Source of the DNA: Eledone cirrhosa
Lineage: Eukaryota
Assembly (NCBI GenBank): GCA_964016885.1
Contig: OZ024742.1
Location: 204,910,001-204,974,000, forward strand
Direction: 5' to 3'
Length of the DNA stretch: 64,000 nt
Part shown: positions 1 to 10,750 of the stretch, piece after piece
Position numbering within the stretch: position 1 is the first letter of the stretch
How the letters are laid out: each line of letters begins with the position of its first letter
The notes under the pieces: model-generated
Seen by the model: the letters and a program-made list of their open reading frames with translations, nothing else
What the model was told of the DNA's origin: nothing
The model's database searches: none
Made by a program: the position numbers and the translations under genes

Positions 1-107
1 GAACGGAGTTTACTTTCTCAACGAGCTTTTTTCCTGGCGGTAGAGGGGCTAAATATATGTATATATATATATATATATATAAATATGTATATATATATAT
101 ATATATA

Positions 108-679
108 TTATCATCATCACCGTTTTACGTCCGTTCTTCCACGCTAGCATGGGTTAGACGGGTTGTCCTGTTGTGGGCAGTGTCTGGTCGGCTGACCATG
201 CCTTGCTCATACAGGAACTGATTTGGCTTGATTTCTACAGCTGGACGCCCTTCCTAACACCAACCTCATTTACAGTGAGTGCTGGGTGCTTTTTCGTGGT
301 GCCTACACGTCCACTTTACAGTGTGGGCTGGGTGCTTTTTTGCCGTGGCACCTCCACGACTACCTTGCGATGTGGGGGCATATTGTCTATATGCTTCAGC
401 TTGTACCCATGGGAGGTCGGGTACTCTGTATTACTGCGTGACGCCAGAGGTCACGGTCGTGTGTCATTGCTTTTGAGAGGTTTAATTGGGTAAGGTCGGC
501 TTTTATCACCTCATCCCAGGTCATCTTGGGTCTCCCCACTCCGCAGTTTCCATCGACTTCTAGTGCTCTGCACCTTTTTATGCAGCTGTCATCCTTCATA
601 CGCATCACATGTCCATACCAGCGCAACCGCCTCTCCTGCACATAGCATTTGATTCCTCTTATGCTCAGTCTCTCTCTCA
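108..679 (-). mobile_element. RTE-clade LINE, 5'-truncated 3' fragment (ORF C-terminus, 3' UTR, (GAT)n tail)
   Basis: ORF 396..680 reads RRLRWYGHVMRM...GRPKMTW, a typical RTE C-terminus. The minus strand ends GGACGTAAAACGGTGATGATGATAA. The fragment is nearly identical to 2937-3490 and is flanked by TA tracts. Confidence 0.9.
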
Positions 680-810
680 ATATATATTATATATATTATA
701 TATATATATTATATATATATTATATATATATATATTATATATATATATTATATATATATTATATATATATATATTATATATATATATTATATATATATAT
801 AATATATATT

Positions 811-854
<44 letters not shown>

Positions 855-873
855 TATATGTTTTATATATATA

Positions 874-1040
874 TCAGCATCATCATCATCATCACCATTT
901 TACATCCGTTCTTCCACGCTAGCATGGGTTAGACGGGTTGTCCTGTTGTGGGCAGTGTCTGGTTGGCTGACCATGCCTTGCTCATACAGGAACTGATTTG
1001 GCTTGATTTCTACAGTTGGATGCCCTTCCTAACACCAACC
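874..1040 (-). mobile_element. RTE LINE, short 3' UTR fragment
   Basis: Same 3' UTR as 108-270, with a (GAT)n tail (tcagcatcatcatcatcatcacc on +). Confidence 0.85.
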
Positions 1041-1046
1041 TATATG

Positions 1047-1083
<37 letters not shown>

Positions 1084-1096
1084 GTATATATATATG

Positions 1097-1176
<80 letters not shown>

Positions 1177-1187
1177 AATATGTATAT

Positions 1188-1218
<31 letters not shown>

Positions 1219-1267
1219 AATATGTATATATATATATATAAATATGTATATATATATATATATATAT

Positions 1268-1463
1268 ATAGGAAAAAGTATGAGCCCGACGGCAGAGCTC
1301 AAGCCGTTTCGACGGCTATTTCTGGAGGCCAGAAATAGCCGTCGAAACGGCTTGAGCTGTGCCGTCAGGGTCATACTTTTTCCTATTTCCCACTCTACTA
1401 CCCTGAGTATTGAGTACTCTGGTGCGTTATGGTCCATCTGGTTCCTTACCACAATTCCTTTGT
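1268..1463 (+). mobile_element. Miniature fold-back insertion, probable Penelope-like pLTR remnant with the 3' half of a hammerhead
   Basis: 58-bp inverted arms at 1268-1325 and 1329-1386 (3 mismatches, loop AGG), plus a one-sided ~77-bp extension. GAAA-CGGC...GCCG-TC-AGGG matches hammerhead stem III and a GUC site. Both sides are TA tracts. Confidence 0.6.
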
Positions 1464-1500
1464 TATATAAATATATATATATATATAAATATGTGTATAA

Positions 1501-1582
<82 letters not shown>

Positions 1583-1813
1583 TAAATATATATATATATA
1601 AATATACATATATATATAAATATATATATATAAATATATATATAGAGAGTTAGTATATCTACCAACATATGTATACAGATGTATACTCATGCTAGCAAAT
1701 ATATATGTTATGTCTTAGTACCTTTGTGGTTCTATGCAGGGGGATGCAGAACAATTATATGAAAGACGTAAAATAAGAAAATTTTAAAAATTAACTTACT
1801 TACTAAAATTTTC

Positions 1814-1895
1814 ACTCCAACTAATTAGTTTCTGTAAGGGAATAAATATAGTTACGTAACATAACTATAGAGACGTCCTTACGTCATCAGGGAGT
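1814..1895 (-). ncRNA. Type I hammerhead ribozyme motif
   Basis: Near-exact reverse complement of 2768-2849. Confidence 0.75.
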
Positions 1896-2203
1896 CTATT
1901 CTCATCTAAGTTCCCAGGCAATGCGCGGACACTAGGAACCCATATAAAAATAATAATTCAGTGGATGGAATAAAGCTAGCGGGGACTAAATTCCAAAGCA
2001 CTGAAAAAATTCACTGCCTACTGGGTCAGTGGCAAATTCTAAAGAATCAATCACGTGACACTGAGGTTAATCAGTGAGGAGTGGGGTGGTATTATCACAA
2101 GAGCCTACTACTACCATGAATCACAGCAGTAAATTTTGGCAAGTTTTACTCAACAAATAATTTGGAGATAAATATAGAGAATTAGTATATCTACCAACAT
2201 ATG

Positions 2204-2550
2204 TCATCATCATCACCGTTTTACGTCCGTTCTTCCACGCTAGCATGGGTTAGACGGGTTGTCCTGTTGTGGGCAGTGTCTGGTCGGCTGACCATGCCTT
2301 GCTCATACAGGAACTGATCTGGCTTGATTTCTACAGCTGGATGCCCTTCCTAACACCAACCTCATTTACAGTGAGTGCTGGGTGCTTTTTCGTGGCGCCT
2401 ACACGTCCACTTTACAGTGTGGGCTGGGTGCTTTTTTGCCGTGGCACCTCCACGACCACCTTGCGGTGGGGGGGGGGGGGCATATTGTTTATATGCTTCA
2501 GCATGTACCCATGGGAGGTCGGGTACCCTGTATTACTGCGTGACGCCAGA
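2204..2550 (-). mobile_element. RTE LINE 3' fragment nested in the hammerhead element
   Basis: Same 3' UTR as the other copies. It interrupts CCAACATATG|TATACAGATG, which is intact at about 1662-1681. Confidence 0.9.
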
Positions 2551-2767
2551 TATACAGATGTATACCCATGCTAGCAAATATATATGTTATGATTAGCCTC
2601 AGTGTCACGTGATTGATTCTTTAGAATTTGCCACTGACCCAGTAGGCAGTGAATTTTTTCAGTGCTTTGGAATTTAGTCCCCGGTAGCTTTATTCCATCC
2701 ACTGAATTATTATTTTTATATGGGTTCCTAGTGTCCGCACATTGCCTGGGAACTTAGCTGAGAATAG

Positions 2768-2849
2768 ACTCCCTGATGACGTAAGGACTTCTCTATAGTT
2801 ATGTTACGTAACTATATTTATTCCCTTACAGAAACTAATTAGTTGGAGT
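2768..2849 (+). ncRNA. Type I hammerhead ribozyme motif
   Basis: Stem I ACTCC/GGAGT; core CTGATGA (2773-2779); stem II GTAAGG/CCTTAC with a long extension; GAAA (2831-2834); palindromic stem III AACTAATTAGTT with a GUU cleavage triplet. Confidence 0.8.
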
Positions 2850-2905
2850 GAAAATTTTAGTAAGTTAATTTTTAATTTTTAAAATTTTCTTATTTTACGT
2901 CTTTC

Positions 2906-2936
<31 letters not shown>

Positions 2937-2937
<1 letters not shown>

Positions 2938-5848
2938 TATCATCATCACCGTTTTACGTCCGTTCTTCGACGCTGGCCACGCTAGCATGGGTTAGACGGG
3001 TTGTCCTGTTGTGGGCAGTGTCTGGTCGGCTAACCATGCCTTGCTCATACAGGAACTGATTTGGCTTGATTTCTACAGCTGGATGCCCTTCCTAACACCA
3101 ACCTCATTTACAGTGAGTGCTGGGTGCTTTTTCGTGGCGCCTACACGTCCACTTTACAGTGTGGGCTGGGTGCTTTTTTGCCGTGGCATCTCCACGACCA
3201 CCTTGCGGTGGGAGGGTGTGGGGGCATATTGTCTATATGCTTCAGCTTATACCCATGGGAGGTCAGGTACTCTGTATTACTGCGTGACGCCAGAGGTCAC
3301 GGTCGTGTGTCATCGCCTTTGAGAGGTGTAATTGGGTCTCCCCACTCCGCGGTTTCCATCGACTTCTAGTGCTCTGCACCTTTTTATGCAGCTGTCATCC
3401 TTTATACATATCACATGTCCATACCAACGCAACCGCCTCTCCTGCACACAGCATTTGATTTCTCTTATGCTCAGTCTCTCTCTCAATTCATTTATGCTTT
3501 GTCGTTCGCGTATATTACTATTACACATCCATCGGAGCATGCAGGCTTCGTTTCTCTCTAATCTACGTAAGTCTTCCACCTTCAACGCCCAGGTCTCACT
3601 ACCATGTAACATTGCTGTTCGGATACACGCATCATACAGTCTGCCTTTCATTTTGAGGGAGAAGCCTTTTGCAGCTAGCAGTGGTAGAAGTTCCTTAAAC
3701 TTCTTCCATCCCGTTCTTACCCTAGTTATTGTACTTTCTGAACACTTTTGATTGGTGGTACTTGTTTCCTGTGGCTGTTTGCTGCTTGCTGTCCCAGTAC
3801 AGCTGCTGCATGTGAAGCCTACATTCTTAATTAAGCTTCCTGAGATCCCGCTACATCTGTGGTGTACCCATTGTTTGCATTTGGGGCAGAGAATGGAGTT
3901 CCTACATACTGAGCAAGGCCATTTCCCTGAGGGGATCTGGGTTCTGTTTTCTCGTCTACTTACAAGGACCTTAGTCTTTGTCATGTTGACTTTGAGACCC
4001 TTTCTCTCTAGTCCCTGCTTCCAGGTTTGGAATTTATTCTCTATAGTAATAGAATACTAATAGTAATAGAAACTAAATTTTTTTAACCATGATTGTCCTC
4101 ACTTTCCATTTAGCCACCTGTTGGTGGTACAGGCATATTGGATGCAGGAAAGATTTTTATGGGTTTTTTTTTAAGTGCATCCAATAGGCTGGCAAATATG
4201 GTATATAAACTACCAATTATTTCTAGAGATAAAAAAACATAAAATTGAAATTGAGAAGGAAGGTATCTTCAAACCAGAGTCCTGGCCCAAAAGCTTACAA
4301 CAGAATGAACTTTACTAAAGGTACCCAAGAGACAGGTAGGGGTGTTAAACTGGGTAATGAATAAAGCCTACCAGCCATGTTAGTTGTATGATAGCCTATT
4401 GATTCAACCATCAATCCCTGCTTCCAAGTTTGGAATTTCTTCTCTAGTTCTACCATTCAGCTATAAGTGCGAGGTCATCAGCATACAGGAGTTCCCATGG
4501 GCATCTGGTCTTAAACTCTTCCGTTATTGCCTGCAGGACTATGATGAACAGGAGAGGGCTAAGAACAGAGCCCTGGTGGACCCCAACCTGTACGCTAAAT
4601 TCCTCGTTATACTCATTGCTAATCCTAACTTTGCTGACTGCTCCCCTATACATGGCTTGTACAGCTTTCACAAGCCATTCATCTACTCCTAGTTTTCTAA
4701 GAGCCCACCAGATTACAGCACGTGGAACTCTGTCAAAGGCTTTCTCGAGATCAACAAATGCCAGGTAGATTGGCTTACTTTTAGCTAGGTACTTTTCCTA
4801 TAACTGCCTCACAAGGAAGAGGGCATCAGTGGTGCTTCTTTCTGGTACAAACCCAAATTGCATCTCATCTAGTTTCACCCGGTCCCTAATCAACTGTGCT
4901 ATAATTCTTTCTGTTACTTTCATGACCTGGTCCATCAGCTTTATACCTCTATAGTTTCCTCTATCGAGTGCATCACCTTTACCTTTGTAGCAGTTGACAA
5001 TGATGCTACTGCACCAATCTTTTGGTATGACACCTAGTATTACCTGGTTAACAATACGTGTGGTTATAGTGTGACCTACAGATCCAGATGCCTTCAGCAT
5101 CTAGGCAGCTAAACCCGATGGACCGGTTGCCTTCCCCATCTTCATATCATTGATTGCCTTACTTACTACGCTGCTGCTGACTTGTACTGCTGGCCCCTCT
5201 ATAGGGTCTCTTCTTCCCATGCATTCTCCTCATTTAGTAATCTATCATAATGGCTCTTCCATGCATCTTTCTTCTCAGCACTTGTGAGGGCAAGCTCACC
5301 TTTATCATTCCAATGACATCACAATTCTCTCTGACACACTGCCTCGCAATCTTGAACACCTGTTTCTGGTCCTCACGTTGCAAAACATGCTTGAATTTTT
5401 TATCCTCTGCTTCTCTCCTAGCTAAGTATACTTGTCGCCTAGCTTCCCTCTTGGTCTCTATGTAATGTACCCTGCTCCCCCCGTTCTTCCATTCTTTCCA
5501 TGCCTGTCTCTTGGCCTTAACTGCCTCATCTACCTTATTGTTCCACCACCAAGTCACTCTCCTCCTGCTTGTGGTCTTACTCCAGCCACAGACCTCATCC
5601 GCCGCCTCTAGTAAGTTATTTTTTAGGAACTCCCAGTGCTCTTCTACATTGAATGTCTCTATCTGTTCTTTACTGACGTAGGCGTTGAGTAAAATATCTT
5701 TAAATCTGTTACTGGCTGAGGGGTCTTTCAGCTTGCAGATCTTTCTTCTCCAGGTTGCCCTCTGTTTCCAGGTTCGTCTAGATCTGACTGTGAGGTTGCT
5801 GACAACTAAGCTATATTGGGAGGTACATTCCTCACTAGGGAAGGCTTT
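2937..5848 (-). mobile_element. RTE LINE, ~2.9-kb decayed copy (end of APE domain, RT, Cys/His finger, 3' UTR)
   Basis: Fragmented ORFs give YKGKGDALDRGNYRGIKL...QFGFVPERSTTDA, GVHQGSVLSPLLF...LLYADD, CSVC...CPKCKQWVHHRC...CSSC and RRLRWYGHV. It has multiple stops, frameshifts and deletions. Confidence 0.92.
4044..4414. mobile_element. Unclassified 371-bp insertion in the RTE RT region with a 32-bp target duplication
   Basis: TCCCTGCTTCCA(G/A)GTTTGGAATTT(A/C)TTCTCTA occurs at 4012-4043 and 4415-4446. A short TAGTAATAGAA repeat at the left end resembles a retroposon tail. Confidence 0.7.
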
Positions 5849-5922
5849 ATATATATATATAAATATGTATATATATATATAAATATATGTATATATATAA
5901 ATATATATATGTATATATATAA

Positions 5923-5993
<71 letters not shown>

Positions 5994-6190
5994 TATATAT
6001 AAATATATATATAAATATATATATATAAATATATATATATATAAATATATATATATATAAATATATAAATATGTATATATGTATATATAAATATATATAT
6101 ATATATATAAATATGTATATATTTATATAAATATGTATATATATATATAAATATGTATATATATAAATATATGTATATATATAAATATAT
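5849..6190. repeat. Compound TA microsatellite (left flank of the PLE)
   Basis: Directly visible. Confidence 0.95.
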
Positions 6191-6454
6191 AGCGGCGATG
6201 AATTAGTTTTGCGAGGTTTTTTATATGAAATCGTGTGTCGAAACAGATATTGTTATATTTGGGGAGGGTCATATTTGCGTAATATTGCCAGAATTAATAA
6301 CAGAACACACTCACTGTTTGGTTGGTTTTCGCTTCTCGCTGTCTTTTATATATATATATCTGCGATCTAACTTACTCGGTCCTCAATGTTGCCATTGACT
6401 GACCGGCGGTCAAAAATAATACAGATACAATATAGACAAACACATATATATATA

Positions 6455-6500
6455 GTTTACATAAATCTTTCGTTGCACATCTGCAACATCGTCAGTGGTG
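6455..6500 (-). ncRNA. Hammerhead-like motif in the PLE pLTR
   Basis: Reverse complement of 10705-10750. Confidence 0.5.
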
Positions 6501-6771
6501 TTATATTCATTGTTCCTCCTGTTGTGTTGTATGTCTACGCCATTTTTTTTTTTTGTTCAGTCTGTCTATATATTTATTTATTTATTTGCTTGTTTGTTTA
6601 TCTTATTTTATTTTGTCTTCTTTGCGCATGCGTTTGCGTGTGTGTATAGTGTTATGTGTGATGTGTGACTAGTGTGTATAGTGTTGTGTCTGCTGGGTGA
6701 CTAGTGTGTGTTTATGTGCTTGTGTATGTATTTATTTATCTTATTTTATTTAATTTAATTTACTTATTTAT

Positions 6772-9132
6772 TTATACTTCTCTTAGGTCAGTGTTGTTTG
6801 TTTGGGTGTTGTTGTTGTTCCACTCATTCTTTCTGTTTAGCTGTGGTCTTCTAATTTCTATTTCACTGGCCTCTCTGATTTGCCTATCTGCTGGGTCATT
6901 CCTATGTTTAGATATTATTCTAATTTCTATGTTGTCTATGTTACCGTCATGATGTTGTCTAGCATGTTCGTATAGTACTGACCCGTTTTTTCGTCCTTTT
7001 AGTTCCCCCCAGTGTTGGTCTATCCTTTCACCTATGCTACGAGCTGTCTCACCTATGTATGTTGTTGTCGTGTTTCTGCAAGTACCCTCTGTACATCTTA
7101 TGCTATAGACTACGTTTCTAGTTTTACAGTTTATCCGGGGGTTCACCTTACATATGATACATTTCCTATTGGTACAGTGGGTTTTCTTAAAAGGGTAGGT
7201 TTTGCTGATCAGGGATTTTATGGTGGTTCCTGGCTTTTCTACCACCTTTATTTTTAAGTGGGTCTTTCTCAGGGCCTTTCTACACTGGTTAGCTAATTTC
7301 CCTCCAGGGGTGGCGTCCACAAACATGACACTCTGATATCTCTGGTTGTCGTACCATGATGTGGCCTTCCCTATCTTATGTCTAGCCCTATCTAAGCTAT
7401 TCCATGATTTGCTCCTGTATAGTGGGCAAATTCCTTTCATGTCCAGTTCTATGAGGGTCTTATACTTTTCCATGGCTCCTTCGTATACTCTGACTCTGTC
7501 TCTTTGGTTGTAGCCAGAGAACTGCATGCGGTTGATGAAGTGTTGGATGTGTCCTTCCATTTCTGTTGGGTCGCACATGCTGGACACATTCTTCATCACT
7601 CGTACCAAATCTGCGATCAGAATATTAAACTTAGCACTACTGGACATTGCTGAGTTTTTGAGTATCAGGTATTTGGAGGCCATGGGTTTAGCATAGTGTG
7701 AGTGGAGAATTTGGGCTCTCTCGTCTATAGTGTTAATCCAGAGTTCTGTGTCTAATACAGGTAGTCTATTGTTAGGGTGTTTGGAAGGGAAGTCTATAGT
7801 TACAGTTATACTCTGGTGTATGGAATTAGCTATCTGCTGGATGCTTTCCATCGTGCTACGTTCTAAATCAAACTTGTTAGTGCTCTCTAGTGGGGGTGTT
7901 CTTATAACTATATTGATATCGTCTACATAACGAGAGTACATGATGAGGTCTATGGAGCTTTCATTAAGGAGATCTTTAAGTCTCCTTTCCCACCATACCA
8001 TGAAAAGGTTGGCAACATCGCCAGCTATGCTGACGCCGATGGCTGCTCCCTCATTTTGGGTGTAGATTTTCTCATTGAACTTAAATATGTGGCCCTTTAG
8101 GGTAGTTTTGATACTAGCCCCTATTGCATGTGCGACCATTTTTCTTACCTGATCAGTGTTTTGGGGGGTCCGTATAGCTTTGGTCCACCCAATCCACCTT
8201 CCTATGGGAGTCTTTTTAGCCATTGAGGTTATGGTGGGGGGTCTACCTCTTATAGGTCTACTAGGGCAGAAACATCTAAGGTCATGGCTGTCTAGGTAGT
8301 CAGTGTCGTAGGTAAGTCTAAGTAGGAGGCCCAGTTCGTCTGTGTCGACGTCGCAGAACTCCACCTCACTCTCAATGATCATCTCCACACATCTTTTCAC
8401 AGCAAAATCAATGTTAATGGATGGGTACAGTGACACCACATCCATGCTGCCTATTATGCAGTTGGATAGGCTCCTGTTTTTGTTGCACTCACTGATTCTG
8501 CTGAGGAGGTCCTCTGTACTTTCACATACATCTGGGGACATCTTGATTATGGGGCGTATAACCATTGAGAGGAAGTAGGAGATCCTGTAGTTGCTAGCTA
8601 TATTAGCTCCGCATACAGGTCTTGTTGGTGGTCCTGTTGTCGGGTCGTCGACTGTCTTGTGGTCTTTGCGGAGCCCATACAAGGGTGGTATGCCATTGTT
8701 AGACGCCTGGAAGTTGTTGGCAGTGCGTCTGCTTGGCTTTAGGATGTCAGTCCACATCATCATGTGAGCGTTGAGGATTTTTTCTCTCCCATCGTGTGTT
8801 AGTTGTGCAACTTCGCTCGTGTTGGTGATGTGGGGTTGCATTGCCTCGATGTAGTTCGGCATGCTATCTATTGACATCCTACCAGACTTATCTGTGGGTA
8901 GACACACTACCTCACCATCCCTTGTGCGCTGCTTGAGGCTAACCAAGCCTTCTACAGGTTTTATCCCAAGTTGTTGGGCCTCTGGTCTGCTCTGTCTCAT
9001 AGTGTACCTGTCTACTACTTGTCTAATCTTATTTCTAGCTATGGTGAACTGTGCCTCCGTCTCGTCATCTATTTGTTGTGGTATGCAAACTCTTTTATTA
9101 AAGGGTAACCTCGTAGGATAGATATTACCCAT
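6772..9132 (-). CDS. PLE reverse transcriptase + GIY-YIG endonuclease (N-terminally truncated)
   Basis: RT motifs: PTDKSG, LYGLRKDHK, RPVC, DVVSLYPSI (A), QNEGAAIG (B'), YVDD (C), LPVLD (E). A Cys linker CTNRKCIIC precedes the endonuclease NVVY..C....C...YIGET..R...H...H...RQIREA...LNRK. The frame stays open upstream of the Met to the inversion junction (FFNPADKTYK-M). Confidence 0.93.
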   Translation of the reverse strand: MGNIYPTRLPFNKRVCIPQQIDDETEAQFTIARNKIRQVVDRYTMRQSRPEAQQLGIKPVEGLVSLKQRTRDGEVVCLPTDKSGRMSIDSMPNYIEAMQPHITNTSEVAQLTHDGREKILNAHMMMWTDILKPSRRTANNFQASNNGIPPLYGLRKDHKTVDDPTTGPPTRPVCGANIASNYRISYFLSMVIRPIIKMSPDVCESTEDLLSRISECNKNRSLSNCIIGSMDVVSLYPSINIDFAVKRCVEMIIESEVEFCDVDTDELGLLLRLTYDTDYLDSHDLRCFCPSRPIRGRPPTITSMAKKTPIGRWIGWTKAIRTPQNTDQVRKMVAHAIGASIKTTLKGHIFKFNEKIYTQNEGAAIGVSIAGDVANLFMVWWERRLKDLLNESSIDLIMYSRYVDDINIVIRTPPLESTNKFDLERSTMESIQQIANSIHQSITVTIDFPSKHPNNRLPVLDTELWINTIDERAQILHSHYAKPMASKYLILKNSAMSSSAKFNILIADLVRVMKNVSSMCDPTEMEGHIQHFINRMQFSGYNQRDRVRVYEGAMEKYKTLIELDMKGICPLYRSKSWNSLDRARHKIGKATSWYDNQRYQSVMFVDATPGGKLANQCRKALRKTHLKIKVVEKPGTTIKSLISKTYPFKKTHCTNRKCIICKVNPRINCKTRNVVYSIRCTEGTCRNTTTTYIGETARSIGERIDQHWGELKGRKNGSVLYEHARQHHDGNIDNIEIRIISKHRNDPADRQIREASEIEIRRPQLNRKNEWNNNNTQTNNTDLREV

Positions 9133-9206
9133 CTTATATGTTTTGTCAGCTGGGTTGAAAAATAGCCATCGGCGTCAGCATAGCTGGCGATGTTGCCAAC
9201 CTTTTC

Positions 9207-10436
9207 ATGGTATGGTGGGAAAGGAGACTTAAAGATCTCCTTAATGAAAGCTCCATAGACCTCATCATGTACTCTCGTTATGTAGACGATATCAATATAG
9301 TTATAAGAACACCCCCACTAGAGAGCACTAACAAGTTTGATTTAGAACGTAGCACGATGGAAAGCATCCAGCAGATAGCTAATTCCATACACCAGAGTAT
9401 AACTGTAACTATAGACTTCCCTTCCAAACACCCTAACAATAGACTACCTGTATTAGACACAGAACTCTGGATTAACACTATAGACGAGAGAGCCCAAATT
9501 CTCCACTCACACTATGCTAAACCCATGGCCTCCAAATACCTGATACTCAAAAACTCAGCAATGTCCAGTAGTGCTAAGTTTAATATTCTGATCGCAGATT
9601 TGGTACGAGTGATGAAGAATGTGTCCAGCATGTGCGACCCAACAGAAATGGAAGGACACATCCAACACTTCATCAACCGCATGCAGTTCTCTGGCTACAA
9701 CCAAAGAGACAGAGTCAGAGTATACGAAGGAGCCATGGAAAAGTATAAGACCCTCATAGAACTGGACATGAAAGGAATTTGCCCACTATACAGGAGCAAA
9801 TCATGGAATAGCTTAGATAGGGCTAGACATAAGATAGGGAAGGCCACATCATGGTACGACAACCAGAGATATCAGAGTGTCATGTTTGTGGACGCCACCC
9901 CTGGAGGGAAATTAGCTAACCAGTGTAGAAAGGCCCTGAGAAAGACCCACTTAAAAATAAAGGTGGTAGAAAAGCCAGGAACCACCATAAAATCCCTGAT
10001 CAGCAAAACCTACCCTTTTAAGAAAACCCACTGTACCAATAGGAAATGTATCATATGTAAGGTGAACCCCCGGATAAACTGTAAAACTAGAAACGTAGTC
10101 TATAGCATAAGATGTACAGAGGGTACTTGCAGAAACACGACAACAACATACATAGGTGAGACAGCTCGTAGCATAGGTGAAAGGATAGACCAACACTGGG
10201 GGGAACTAAAAGGACGAAAAAACGGGTCAGTACTATACGAACATGCTAGACAACATCATGACGGTAACATAGACAACATAGAAATTAGAATAATATCTAA
10301 ACATAGGAATGACCCAGCAGATAGGCAAATCAGAGAGGCCAGTGAAATAGAAATTAGAAGACCACAGCTAAACAGAAAGAATGAGTGGAACAACAACAAC
10401 ACCCAAACAAACAACACTGACCTAAGAGAAGTATAA
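9207..10436 (+). CDS. Inverted partial copy of the PLE ORF (RT motif C onward, thumb, GIY-YIG)
   Basis: The translation is identical to the last 409 aa of 6772..9132. The arm begins inside motif B' (AIGVSIAG) at 9164. Expression as a separate protein is unlikely. Confidence 0.8.
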   Translation: MVWWERRLKDLLNESSIDLIMYSRYVDDINIVIRTPPLESTNKFDLERSTMESIQQIANSIHQSITVTIDFPSKHPNNRLPVLDTELWINTIDERAQILHSHYAKPMASKYLILKNSAMSSSAKFNILIADLVRVMKNVSSMCDPTEMEGHIQHFINRMQFSGYNQRDRVRVYEGAMEKYKTLIELDMKGICPLYRSKSWNSLDRARHKIGKATSWYDNQRYQSVMFVDATPGGKLANQCRKALRKTHLKIKVVEKPGTTIKSLISKTYPFKKTHCTNRKCIICKVNPRINCKTRNVVYSIRCTEGTCRNTTTTYIGETARSIGERIDQHWGELKGRKNGSVLYEHARQHHDGNIDNIEIRIISKHRNDPADRQIREASEIEIRRPQLNRKNEWNNNNTQTNNTDLREV

Positions 10437-10704
10437 ATAAATAAGTAAATTAAATTAAATAAAATAAGATAAATAAATACATACACAAGCACATAAACAC
10501 ACACTAGTCACCCAGCAGACACAACACTATACACACTAGTCACACATCACACATAACACTATACACACACGCAAACGCATGCGCAAAGAAGACAAAATAA
10601 AATAAGATAAACAAACAAGCAAATAAATAAATAAATATATAGACAGACTGAACAAAAAAAAATGGCGTAGACATACAACACAACAGGAGGAACAATGAAT
10701 ATAA

Positions 10705-10750
10705 CACCACTGACGATGTTGCAGATGTGCAACGAAAGATTTATGTAAAC
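10705..10750 (+). ncRNA. Hammerhead-like motif in the PLE pLTR
   Basis: CTGACGA-T-GTTGCA gatg TGCAAC-GAAA-GATTTA. The core and stem II are clear, but stems I and III are weak. Confidence 0.5.

Larger units (their letters stand above)
680..1640. repeat. Compound (TA)n / TATAAATATG microsatellite tracts interrupted by insertions
   Basis: Directly visible. These tracts generate the YIYI ORFs. Confidence 0.95.
1641..2911 (-). mobile_element. Non-coding hammerhead-bearing element (retrozyme-like or non-autonomous PLE): 532-bp unit with terminal redundancy plus an inverted partial copy
   Basis: 1641-1711 recurs at 2173-2203 + 2551-2591 (offset 532, split by an RTE insertion). 1755-2073 is the inverted repeat of 2590-2911. 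Each arm carries a hammerhead, and no ORF is present. Confidence 0.7.

Noticed and set aside
173-493. Repeated [18 protein letters not shown] ORFs (also at 948, 2269, 3011)
   Set aside because: They are antisense readings of the RTE 3' UTR, repeated only because the element is repeated.
609-1690. Tyr/Ile-rich ORFs (also 5816-6028 and 10835-11999)
   Set aside because: They are translations of (TA)n microsatellite.
6772-9132. Telomerase or selenoprotein-type (Naiad) PLE
   Set aside because: The GIY-YIG is C-terminal, there are no in-frame TGA codons, and there are no TERT-specific domains or telomeric repeats.
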